Positions 21,050 to 29,602 of a stretch of DNA of 64,000 nt are shown one piece after another (within the stretch, counting starts at the first letter, position 1; each line of letters starts with the position of its first letter). Under the pieces are notes generated by a model. The model was not told where the DNA came from. It worked only from the letters and a program-made list of their open reading frames with translations, and did no database searches. The stretch is taken from the NCBI GenBank assembly GCA_031441465.1, contig JANOEP010000049.1:1-64000 (forward strand), read 5' to 3'. The position numbers and the translations under genes are program-made. The stretch comes from a bacterium. GTDB taxonomy: Bacteria > Krumholzibacteriota > Krumholzibacteriia > LZORAL124-64-63.

Positions 21050-23437
21050 TCACCTGACGATCACCATCTTGTGCGTCGCCAGCCGCGCATCATCACGCAC
21101 GCGGATCAGGTAGGTTCCGGCCGCCACGGCGCGGCCCGCCTCATCGTGCGCGTCCCAGGTGAACAACATCGGCGTCTTGCTGCCGGCGCCGCGATGGAGC
21201 TGCCGCACCAGGTGCCCGCGCACATCGAACACGCTCACCTCGAGCAGTCCGCGCCCGGAAGCAGTCACTTCGAAAGACGAGGCTCCTGGCGACGGGTTGG
21301 CCAGCAAGGCGCGGATCAGCGGCAAGGCCGCTTCATCACGCGGCTGCGGCGCGGAGGTCATGCTGCCGGGTCCGTGCAGTCCGTGCCCCGCCGCGACCGC
21401 CTGGTCCCAGTCGCCGATGAACTCCCACCAGTTGGAGAGCGCCTCGCTGCCGTAAGCCAGGCCGTTGTCGTGGCCCGGCATGCTCATCATCCAGTAGATG
21501 TACCACTGCGTTTCGACGCGCTGGCTGAAGTCCATCACACCGTCCGGCCACGGCCACACCAGCGATCCCCAGGTGTCGACGTTCAACGGCGTGAAGGTGC
21601 CCGAACCGTCGACGGTCCAGTCGGCGATGTCGCTGAGGACCACCGTCTGGTTCTCGTAGTCGTAATCGGCCAGCGTGTTGGGGGGGCTGTGCGTGTCCCC
21701 GCAACGGCCGGTCACTTTGTTGCCATCCTGGTCCTGGCCGCGCCACTGCTTCCAGAAGAGGTCGGCATTGCCGTCCTGCTGCTCGTTCACCCAGGCGAGC
21801 TGCGATTCCAGCTGGTGCCCGTGGTCATGCACCGCCTCGGCCTGGCTGCGGCGGAAGTTGTAACCGTAAACGACGTAGGACTTGTCGTAGACCGGCAGGT
21901 CGGACGGGTCGCGGTTGCTGTTGGAGATGTCGCCCGTCAACGGGCTCGACATGTTCGATTCCCAGCCGCCGCGGAAATCGGCCACGTCGTGCAGGCCCGG
22001 GTCGAAGCTGGGCCAACGCCCCAGGCCGCCCGTCCAGACCCAGATCTCCTTGACGCCCAGGTCTTCCACGTAGTGGCGCACGTCGAGGCGATCGAAGATC
22101 GTGAACCAGTCCGCTTCCCACAACGGGTCGCCCTGGTCGTAGCCGACGATCTTGCCGGGCGGCGTCTGCTCGTAGACGGTGATCTGGTCCACCACCCGAT
22201 AGCCCAGCGACGGCCGCGCCTGCGGGTCGTTGTACGCGCGGAATCGGCTGCCCTGCTCCAGGGAGAACTTCGTGCGGCGGTTCATCGCCAGCACGTCGGC
22301 ATCCAGCTGGGCCAGGGTCAGCGGGTTCAGCCACCAGAAGTCCGGCGAGATGGAAGTGTCCAGGTTGACTCCGTCCGCGGTCGCGAAGTACCTGATGACC
22401 AGCACCGGCACCTCCCAGATGGCGTTGGTCACGGGCGTCGACAGGTCGTTTGGCAGCACTTCATGCGTCGGAGCCAGGACCGGCGCCCGCACCTGCAACT
22501 CGCAGGACGCCGACCGTCCCCGGTACGTCGCCGTCAGCGTGACTGTTCCCGCGCCCACGGCGCGCAGAGCGCCGTCCGGCAGCACGTCCACGGCATTCGC
22601 ATCGCTGGTCGACCAGGCGGCGACGCTCTGCGGGATCTCGACCTCGCCGAACTGCGTCGTGGCCGTCAGCGTCACGTACACGGGCCAGGTCACCCACGGC
22701 TCCGTCGCGCGTGGCGCCGCCGTCAGATCGGTGACCGTCAGCCCCGCCAGGAAGGCCGCTTCGATTTCCGCCGCGCTGCGCACGACGCTGCTGATGCGCC
22801 ATTCGTCGATCGCGCCTTCGAGGGTGTCGCCGGCGCCCTCGCCGCCGACCTGGAACTGCGCGTCCCCGATCGCCGGCGGCGTGTAGCCCACGCCCTCTTC
22901 ACCCCGCAGCACGCCGTCGATGTAGACGCGGGCAACGTCGCTGTCCCAGGTAAACGCGCAATGGTGCCACTGCTCGGCCGCCCATTCGCCGGCCAGGTTG
23001 CAGCTCGCGCCGCGTTCGGGCAGGCCGTGGTCGCTCCACCGGTTGATCATGATCCGCAGATTGTCGGCGCCGTCCTTCGCCAGCAACAGGCCGCCCCAAG
23101 TCCCCCAGGTCAGCATCAGGTGTGTCTGGCCGTCGTTGCCGGCCCAGTGCGGTTTCAGCCAGAACTCGACGGTTCCCGCCGCCATGACCAGATTGCCTGC
23201 CGCGGCGTAGCGCAATTGCGCACCGCTCGGCAAATCGATGGCTTGGCCGAACACGCCGCCCGTGTAGCCGACGCCCGAGGCCGAGGCCGGGCTTTCGCCG
23301 GCTGCGCCCAGCACATTCCCGTTGCCGTGAAGAAGCAAGAGAGTGTGTGCGTCGGGCGTGAGCTCCTGCGCGACGGCAGGCCCGACGGCGATCGCGAGCA
23401 GCAGAGCCGCGACGCTGATCCTGGCGAATGAATGCAT
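21050..23437 (-). CDS. secreted LamG + Ig-like + uncharacterised domain protein with FlgD/T9SS-like C-terminal domain
   Basis: Signal peptide; LamG 'GTVEFWLKP...WHHCAFTWD...GAIDEWRISS'; Big_2-like 'WSTSDANAVDV'; CTD 'VSVFDVRGHLVR...WDAHDEAGRAVAAGTYLIRV...KMVIVR'. Confidence 0.75.
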   Translation of the reverse strand: MHSFARISVAALLLAIAVGPAVAQELTPDAHTLLLLHGNGNVLGAAGESPASASGVGYTGGVFGQAIDLPSGAQLRYAAAGNLVMAAGTVEFWLKPHWAGNDGQTHLMLTWGTWGGLLLAKDGADNLRIMINRWSDHGLPERGASCNLAGEWAAEQWHHCAFTWDSDVARVYIDGVLRGEEGVGYTPPAIGDAQFQVGGEGAGDTLEGAIDEWRISSVVRSAAEIEAAFLAGLTVTDLTAAPRATEPWVTWPVYVTLTATTQFGEVEIPQSVAAWSTSDANAVDVLPDGALRAVGAGTVTLTATYRGRSASCELQVRAPVLAPTHEVLPNDLSTPVTNAIWEVPVLVIRYFATADGVNLDTSISPDFWWLNPLTLAQLDADVLAMNRRTKFSLEQGSRFRAYNDPQARPSLGYRVVDQITVYEQTPPGKIVGYDQGDPLWEADWFTIFDRLDVRHYVEDLGVKEIWVWTGGLGRWPSFDPGLHDVADFRGGWESNMSSPLTGDISNSNRDPSDLPVYDKSYVVYGYNFRRSQAEAVHDHGHQLESQLAWVNEQQDGNADLFWKQWRGQDQDGNKVTGRCGDTHSPPNTLADYDYENQTVVLSDIADWTVDGSGTFTPLNVDTWGSLVWPWPDGVMDFSQRVETQWYIYWMMSMPGHDNGLAYGSEALSNWWEFIGDWDQAVAAGHGLHGPGSMTSAPQPRDEAALPLIRALLANPSPGASSFEVTASGRGLLEVSVFDVRGHLVRQLHRGAGSKTPMLFTWDAHDEAGRAVAAGTYLIRVRDDARLATHKMVIVR

Positions 23438-23673
23438 GAATCCCCCCCGATTCCGACGATTCTCCATGCTGGCGTGATGGGACCCCCGCGAAATGATAGT
23501 ACACATCCAGGAGCGCGCGGCAGGAAAATCGCGGCGTGGGGGCCGGCGAAACGGGGTCGGGGCGCCGTTACCAGGCCCGAGCCGACGCGCCCGCGGTTGC
23601 GAAGTGCGGCAGCCGTCGCTAATATCGGCGCCGGCAGGCAATCGGTCCGTGAACCGCAATCCGGAGGTTTGGC

Positions 23674-24501
23674 GTGAATTCGAGGCATGTCCTGGTGGTG
23701 GCGGCGCTGGTCGCCGTTTGTTCCGGCGCGTCGGCCGGCGAGTGGCAGAAGTCCGCGGACCTGGGGCTGATGTTCAGCCAGAGCGGCTACAGCGGTTCCT
23801 GGGCCGGCAGCGAGCTGGGCTCGGTGGTCTGGACCTTCACCGGCGACGTCGCGGCGCAGAAGGATCTCAACGCCTCGACGAACTGGAAGAACACCCTGAA
23901 GCTCACCTACGGCCAGACCCACCAGGAGAAGGAAACCGCCGCCGGCAAGGTGTGGGCGTCGCCGCTGAAGTCGACCGACCGCATCTTCTTCGAGTCGCTG
24001 CTGCGCTTCGGCACCGACCGCCCGATCACGCCCTACCTGGCCTTCGCGGCCGAGACCCAGTTCCACGACGGCGACAACCACCCGCTGACGCCGGCCCTGC
24101 TGACCGAGTCCGCGGGCCTTGGCCGACAGCTGGTCAAGAACGAGACGACCGACCTGATGACCCGCGTCGGCCTCGGCGTGCGCCAGCGCACGGCCTACCG
24201 GGTCGCGACGGTGCAGGACGCCGGCCTGGAGTGGGTCACGGACCTGACGCACACCTTCAACCCCCAGTTGAACGTCGTCTCGAAGCTGCGGGTCTTCCAG
24301 GCCGTCGCCAGTAATCTCGACGAGACGTACGGCGACGACTGGCAGGGCACCGACGTCGCCTACGAGACGAAGTTTTCGGCGCAGGTCTCCAAGTACGTGC
24401 AGACCTCGCTGTTCCTGGAGTGGCTCTACGACCGGGAGATCTCCGACCGCGGGCGCTGGCGGGAAATCGTCGGCTTCGGCGTGACTTACAAACTGTTCTA
24501 G
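23674..24501 (+). CDS. outer membrane beta-barrel (DUF3078/DUF481-like)
   Basis: Signal peptide, 'SQSGYSGSWAGSE', amphipathic strands and C-terminal 'FGVTYKLF'. Confidence 0.7.
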   Translation: MNSRHVLVVAALVAVCSGASAGEWQKSADLGLMFSQSGYSGSWAGSELGSVVWTFTGDVAAQKDLNASTNWKNTLKLTYGQTHQEKETAAGKVWASPLKSTDRIFFESLLRFGTDRPITPYLAFAAETQFHDGDNHPLTPALLTESAGLGRQLVKNETTDLMTRVGLGVRQRTAYRVATVQDAGLEWVTDLTHTFNPQLNVVSKLRVFQAVASNLDETYGDDWQGTDVAYETKFSAQVSKYVQTSLFLEWLYDREISDRGRWREIVGFGVTYKLF

Positions 24502-24553
24502 TCGCGCCGCGCGACGGATCGCGGGGCCGGAGCGCGCGGGCGTTCCGGCCTCG

Positions 24554-25912
24554 TCACGCCGGATCGCGTTTCAGCCCCGGCAGCAGCACCCCCGCCGACA
24601 CCAGCAGTCCCGGGAAGATGGGCTCGACGCCCAGCCAGGGCCCGCCGCTCCCCAGCGCCAACCAGGCCAGCGAGACGCCGCCGGCGGCCAGCATCGAGGC
24701 GGTGGCGCGGCCCACCCTGGGCCGCCAGCGCGTGTAGCCGAGCATGATCGGCAGCAGCAGCACGGGCGTGCCCACGCTGCCGAGGTGGTGCCAAAGGCCG
24801 ATCACCGATCCCGACCACAGGGCCAGGACGACCGCGAGGACCGACGTCGCGAGCAGACCGATGCGCACGGCCGTCATGGTGCCCGGATCGTCGGCGGGCG
24901 GGCCGCCGCGCCGCAACCGCAGCCAGACGTCGCGGCCGGCGGTGATGGCGGCGATGAAGGCGTAGGAATCGACCGTGGACATGATCGTCGCCAGCAGGCT
25001 GGTCAGGAACAGTCCCTGCAGCAACGGCGGCAGGACCGCCGCGGCCAGCCGCGGGAACGCGGCCACCGGATCCTCCAGGCCCGGCAGCACGGCGCGCGCG
25101 TAGAGCCCCGAGGTGGTGGTCAGGAAGTCGAAGAACACCCAGAACAGGATCGAGACGAGCAGGCCGCGCCGGGCCGTGCGCTCGTCGCGCGCGGCGCAGC
25201 AGCGCTGGTAGAAGGCCGGCTCGACCAGGGTCGTGGCCGCGATCACGTACCAGATCGCCACGGCCTGGAAGCCGCGGCCGCCGTGCCAGGTCAGGTGCTG
25301 CGGCGGCAGCGCGTCGCGCAGGAAATCCCAGCCCCCGAACTTCGCGACGCACACCGGCACCAGCACCATGAAGCCCAGGAACATCAGGACGAACTGCACG
25401 ATCTCGGTGCCGACCACCGCGCGCAGGCCCCCGCGCACCACGTAGCCCACCGACAGCACCATGCCCAGCACGGCGCCGAGCCACAGCGGCCAGCCCAGGG
25501 CCATCTCGACCAGCACGCCCATCATCAGCACGTAGGGCGCCGGCACCGTCATCACGAAGATCACGGCCGCGCCCAGCGCCGCGGCGCGCGTGCCGTAGCG
25601 CTCCTGCAGCAGGTCGGGCATGGTCAGCGCCCGGCCGCGGCGCGCACGGCCGGCCAGCACGAGCGCGAAGACCAGGGCGTAGAGGTAGTAGGGCGCCCCG
25701 AACACGAGCCAGTTGCTGACGCCGTAGGTCCAGGCGTACTCGCCGACGCCCAGGATGCCGCCGTACCAGGTCGAGACCGTGGTCGCCACGAAGGCGGGCA
25801 GCGTCAGGCGCCGGCCGGCGAGGAGGTAGTCGGTCTCGTCGCGGGCCGGCGTCCGGAACAGGCGCAGCACCGCGTAGGCCAGGAACAGGGCGTAGGCGAC
25901 GACGATGATCAT
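24554..25912 (-). CDS. sodium:solute symporter family transporter, probably for thiamine or a precursor
   Basis: 'YLLAGRRL', 'GGLRAVVGTE' and 'LATIMSTVDS'; ATGA overlap with thiN. Confidence 0.85.
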   Translation of the reverse strand: MIIVVAYALFLAYAVLRLFRTPARDETDYLLAGRRLTLPAFVATTVSTWYGGILGVGEYAWTYGVSNWLVFGAPYYLYALVFALVLAGRARRGRALTMPDLLQERYGTRAAALGAAVIFVMTVPAPYVLMMGVLVEMALGWPLWLGAVLGMVLSVGYVVRGGLRAVVGTEIVQFVLMFLGFMVLVPVCVAKFGGWDFLRDALPPQHLTWHGGRGFQAVAIWYVIAATTLVEPAFYQRCCAARDERTARRGLLVSILFWVFFDFLTTTSGLYARAVLPGLEDPVAAFPRLAAAVLPPLLQGLFLTSLLATIMSTVDSYAFIAAITAGRDVWLRLRRGGPPADDPGTMTAVRIGLLATSVLAVVLALWSGSVIGLWHHLGSVGTPVLLLPIMLGYTRWRPRVGRATASMLAAGGVSLAWLALGSGGPWLGVEPIFPGLLVSAGVLLPGLKRDPA

Positions 25913-26622
25913 GGGATCGCCGCACCCGCGACCAATCCGCCGCGGCGCACCACCACCAGCAGCGAGCCCGCCCCGACCGTCAGACGGACGGGCCCGTCGG
26001 CGACCTCGTTGGAAACGGTGGCCGGACCGCGGCCGTCCACCACGGCGTCCCGCAGGGGGTAGCGGACGCCGCTGATCGTGACGCTGTGCGCGCCGCCCGG
26101 CAGCGGCAGCAGCGAGAGCGCGGTGCCGACGGGCAGGTCCCAGACGAACGACTCGCCTGAGCCCGCCCTGACCGCCGCCGTCCCGGCGTCCGCCAGCAAC
26201 AGGCGCAGGCGACCGGCCCAACGCTCCGGCAGCAACGCGTTGTGCAGCGCGTGGTCGAGCAAGCCGCCGCCCGCACCCAGCAGCACGGCCTCGCGGCAGC
26301 CCTCGCGCTCGGCGAACTCCAGGGCCTTCTCCGCGTCGGTCGTGTCCTCCCTCGTGTCGCGCACCACCCGCACGCTGTCCGGCACGTCACGGACGCCCTC
26401 GCCCAGGGTGTCGAGGTCGCCGACGATCGCGTCCGGCAGGCGCGGCAACCGGGCGTAGGGGCGGCCCGCCGCGTCGGCGCAGAGGAAGAGGTCGGCCGCC
26501 GCCAGGTGCGCGGCCAGCAGGTGCGGCGGTGGGGGATCGCCATCGGCCAGCACGACGGCGCGCCGGCCGCGCTTCGGCAGCAGGATTCCGTCGAAGCCGA
26601 CCGGTGTCCCGTCAGAAGTCAT
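25909..26622 (-). CDS. thiN: thiamine diphosphokinase
   Basis: 'CADAAG', 'IVGDLD', 'DTTDAEKAL', 'GGLLDHALHN' and 'GVRYPL...VSNE'. Confidence 0.85.
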   Translation of the reverse strand: MTSDGTPVGFDGILLPKRGRRAVVLADGDPPPPHLLAAHLAAADLFLCADAAGRPYARLPRLPDAIVGDLDTLGEGVRDVPDSVRVVRDTREDTTDAEKALEFAEREGCREAVLLGAGGGLLDHALHNALLPERWAGRLRLLLADAGTAAVRAGSGESFVWDLPVGTALSLLPLPGGAHSVTISGVRYPLRDAVVDGRGPATVSNEVADGPVRLTVGAGSLLVVVRRGGLVAGAAIP

Positions 26623-28882
26623 AGCGCACGCCCGTCTGGAAGTTGCGGCCGGCGGCGGGGATCAACCAGCGGCCGTCGTACCAGTAGCCGTTGGTCTCGT
26701 ACTCGGCGTCCAGGACGTTGCGCACGTCCAGGGAGAGGCGCGCGCCGCGCAGGCCGGGCGCGTATCCGGCCAGATCCAGGCCCGCGCTCAGGTCGAGGGT
26801 CGCGTAGCCGTCGATCGTGCGCGCGTCGAGGCCCGTGGCGTCGAGGTGCTGACGGCCCACGCTGCGCAGGCGCAGGCGGGTGTCGAGGGCGCCGAAGTCC
26901 GACGCCAGGGTCAGGCTCGCGAGGTGGTTCGGGAACAGAGGGATCGGGTTGCCGGCGTCATCGAAGCTGCCGCTCTCCCCGTTGGGACCGATGGTCGCGA
27001 TGTAGGCGTCGAACTCGTCCCAGCTGCGCGAGGCGGCGAGGCGCAGTTCGTGCCGTGGCGCCAGGCGCGCGGTCAGGCCCAGTTCCAGGCCGCGGTGTAG
27101 GGTGCGTTCGGCGTTGCCGCGGATCGCGGCGCCGTCATCGTCGACCGCGCCGTAGGGGACGATCTCGTTCGTGAAATCCATCCAGTACCCGTTGAGAGTC
27201 CAGCTCAGACGATCGTTGCGCCACGACCAGCCCAGCTCCCAGTCGACGGCCTTCTCCTCGCGCACGTAGGGATCGGACCACTGCAGGTATTCGGGATTGC
27301 CGTCTCCGTCTTCGTCCACCTCGCGGCTGGTGCGGAACAGAGGCGCGACGCCCAGGTCGTCGGGCCCGTACCAGGTGTCGTACAGCTCGCCGTCGGTCGG
27401 CTCGCGGCGCGTCACGCCGACGTGGAGGTACGTCGTCGCGCGCCCACCCCAGGGCCGCGTCGGCAGTTCCCAGTGCACGCCGCCCTTGGGGTTGAACCAG
27501 TTGTACTCCACCTCGTAGGCGTGCCGGTCCTCGCCGGTGAAGTTGCCCAGCTCGGCCTGTCGGAAGGCGTACTCCTTGTGCTGGAGCTGCAGGTCGGCGA
27601 TCAGGGTCAGGCCCGGCGCCGCCTCGATCATCGTGTTGACGAAGACGCTCTGCGCCTGCTTATCGCCGGTGTAGCGGTAGTAGTCCACGCCCCGCAGGCC
27701 GTCGACGACGCCCGCGACCGACAGCACGTCGCCGTGGTGGTCGCTGTGGAAGTCGTACAGGTCGCCGCCGAGGATCGTGCGGCCGCCGCCGTGGCGGATC
27801 TCCAGGTGCGGCACCCAGCCGAGCTGGTCCTTGTCCACGATCTTGCGGCGCACGAGGTCGACCGCGTCGTCCGCTCCCAGGCCGAGGCTGCGGTCGAGGC
27901 TGTAATCCCCGGCCCGCACCCCTGCCTTGAGGTTCTCGTAGAAGCCCTCGCCGTGGATCAGGTAGGCGGCCTGCACGAGGGTCACGCGGTCGGACAGCTC
28001 CCAGCGGTGGTGCAGTTCGTAGTGGGGCTGCCGGAAGTCGTCGACGGCGTGCGGGTAGGTCTCGGGGTTGGCGCGCCGGTCGATCAGCAGATCCGCTTCC
28101 GCGGCCGCGTTCCAGCCGTGCTTGCTCACCTCGTGGCCGGTGTAGAAGTTGGCCTGCAGCGACTGGTTCACGCCGGCCCAGCGCCCGCTCCAGAACGCGC
28201 CCCACAGGCGGCTGCCGGTGCGGTCGCGGTAGCCGTCGCTGAGGATGCGCGACCAGCGGACGGCGCTGCTGAAACCGTTGCCGACCAGGCCGGTCTGCCA
28301 GGCGGCCGACCCGCGCCAGGTGCCGAAGCTGCCCCCCTGCAGCGCGACGCGGCCGGAGGCTTCGTCGTCGAGCTGCTCGGTGACCAGGTTCACGGTGCCG
28401 CCGACGGCGGTCGTCGCGCCCAGGGAGTTGGTGATCCCGCGCTGCACCTGGACGTCCTCCAGCGATGCCGCCAGGTCGGGCACGTCCACCCAGTAGACCT
28501 GGTGATCCTCGGGATCGTTCAGGGGGATGCCGTTGATCATCACACCCACGCGTTTCTGGTCGAAGCCGCGGATGTTCAGGTAGGTGTAGCCGACGCCGTT
28601 GCCGGCGTCCGAGGTGGCGTGCAGCCCCGGAGTGTCCTCGAGCAGCAGGGGCAGGTCGGCGGCGCCGAGGCGGTCCTGCAGTTCCGCGGCGGTGATGTTC
28701 TGCTGGCTGAGGCGGACCTCCCCGCCGTACCGCGAGGCGGTGACGACGACCTCGGGCGCCCAGTCGAGGTCGAGTGTGTCGGGGAGTGCGTCGTGCGGGT
28801 CCGACGCCGAGGCGGCGACGGCGAGCAGGAGGCAGCCGAGGGCCGCCGCACGGGGGCCGACGGCGACCAGGAGACGCGCCAT
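26612..28882 (-). CDS. TonB-dependent receptor, probably for thiamine
   Basis: TonB-box-like 'EVVVTASR', plug 'SDAGNGVGYTYLNIRGFDQKRVGVMINGIPLNDPE', C-terminal Phe; lies downstream of a TPP riboswitch. Confidence 0.88.
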   Translation of the reverse strand: MARLLVAVGPRAAALGCLLLAVAASASDPHDALPDTLDLDWAPEVVVTASRYGGEVRLSQQNITAAELQDRLGAADLPLLLEDTPGLHATSDAGNGVGYTYLNIRGFDQKRVGVMINGIPLNDPEDHQVYWVDVPDLAASLEDVQVQRGITNSLGATTAVGGTVNLVTEQLDDEASGRVALQGGSFGTWRGSAAWQTGLVGNGFSSAVRWSRILSDGYRDRTGSRLWGAFWSGRWAGVNQSLQANFYTGHEVSKHGWNAAAEADLLIDRRANPETYPHAVDDFRQPHYELHHRWELSDRVTLVQAAYLIHGEGFYENLKAGVRAGDYSLDRSLGLGADDAVDLVRRKIVDKDQLGWVPHLEIRHGGGRTILGGDLYDFHSDHHGDVLSVAGVVDGLRGVDYYRYTGDKQAQSVFVNTMIEAAPGLTLIADLQLQHKEYAFRQAELGNFTGEDRHAYEVEYNWFNPKGGVHWELPTRPWGGRATTYLHVGVTRREPTDGELYDTWYGPDDLGVAPLFRTSREVDEDGDGNPEYLQWSDPYVREEKAVDWELGWSWRNDRLSWTLNGYWMDFTNEIVPYGAVDDDGAAIRGNAERTLHRGLELGLTARLAPRHELRLAASRSWDEFDAYIATIGPNGESGSFDDAGNPIPLFPNHLASLTLASDFGALDTRLRLRSVGRQHLDATGLDARTIDGYATLDLSAGLDLAGYAPGLRGARLSLDVRNVLDAEYETNGYWYDGRWLIPAAGRNFQTGVRYDF

Positions 28883-28920
28883 GGTGGTTCCTTCCTTACG
28901 GGCCGTGGAACCGGCGGCGA

Positions 28921-28953
28921 TAAAAAAACGCCGGCTCCGTCGAGGGGGCCGGC
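28921..28953 (-). terminator. intrinsic terminator in the TPP riboswitch expression platform
   Basis: Minus strand GCCGGCCCCCTCGACGGAGCCGGC followed by GTTTTTTTA. Confidence 0.8.
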
Positions 28954-28975
28954 CGCATGGCGGTCGTTGCAGATT

Positions 28976-29052
28976 CCCGTTTCCCTACGCCGGCATGACC
29001 CGGTTCAGGTTCCAAGGGTCTCTCTCAGGCCTGAAAGGCCACCCCTAACGGT
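28976..29052 (-). ncRNA. TPP riboswitch (THI element)
   Basis: Minus strand CCGTTAGGGGTGGCCTTTCAGGCCTGAGAGAGACCCTTGGAACCTGAACCGGGTCATGCCGGCGTAGGGAAACGG contains the CTGAGA, ACCTGA and GCGTAGGGAA hallmarks, with P1 CCGTT/AACGG. Confidence 0.95.
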
Positions 29053-29062
29053 TGACCCGTTC

Positions 29063-29091
29063 ACCATAGGTCGGCCGCTGGGGCGTGTCAA
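29063..29091 (-). promoter_or_regulatory. sigma70 promoter of the TPP-riboswitch operon
   Basis: Minus strand TTGACA-N17-TATGGT immediately upstream of the riboswitch. Confidence 0.7.
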
Positions 29092-29164
29092 GAGATGGCG
29101 GGGCGGCGGGGGTCGTGTTAACGTCTGGTTCCGACTGCGGAATTGTCGCGAACGGAGCCGCGAA

Positions 29165-29602
29165 TTGAACGACCTGATCGCCGGCCCCGCCGGCCCGACC
29201 CTGGAACTGCTGCGCAACGCGCGCCTGTTCGTGAGGCGTCCGGGAGCCTTGGCCCTGCTCGAGCGCGAGCGGACGGCCCGGATCCGGCTGACGACGGACC
29301 AGATCCACCATCCGGACACCCCGGGCGACTACGTGGTCCGGCACGGCCGGTTGCGCCTGTCGGAATTCCTGGCGGACGGCCGCGAAGTCTGCCGGGCGGT
29401 GCTGCAGACAGGTTTTTCCTTCACGATTCACGGTCCTGCCGCGACTGCGCGGCCCGGAACGCCGCTGGACGTCTGCGTGCTGATGGCCTTGGGCGACGTC
29501 GAACTCTGGCGACTGCCGGCCGGATCGTTCGGGCGGCTGGACGTGACCTCCGGCCAACTCCGCGACCGGCACCTCGCCCACGACCTCGAGGAGAACCGAT
29601 GA
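29165..29602 (+). CDS. stand-alone cyclic-nucleotide-binding-like domain protein
   Basis: 3' part of track ORF 27422..29602. TTG start after GGAG; 'YVVRHGRLRLSEFLADGREVCRAVLQTGFSF' resembles the cNMP-binding barrel; ATGA overlap with gpmI. Confidence 0.55.
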   Translation: MNDLIAGPAGPTLELLRNARLFVRRPGALALLERERTARIRLTTDQIHHPDTPGDYVVRHGRLRLSEFLADGREVCRAVLQTGFSFTIHGPAATARPGTPLDVCVLMALGDVELWRLPAGSFGRLDVTSGQLRDRHLAHDLEENR

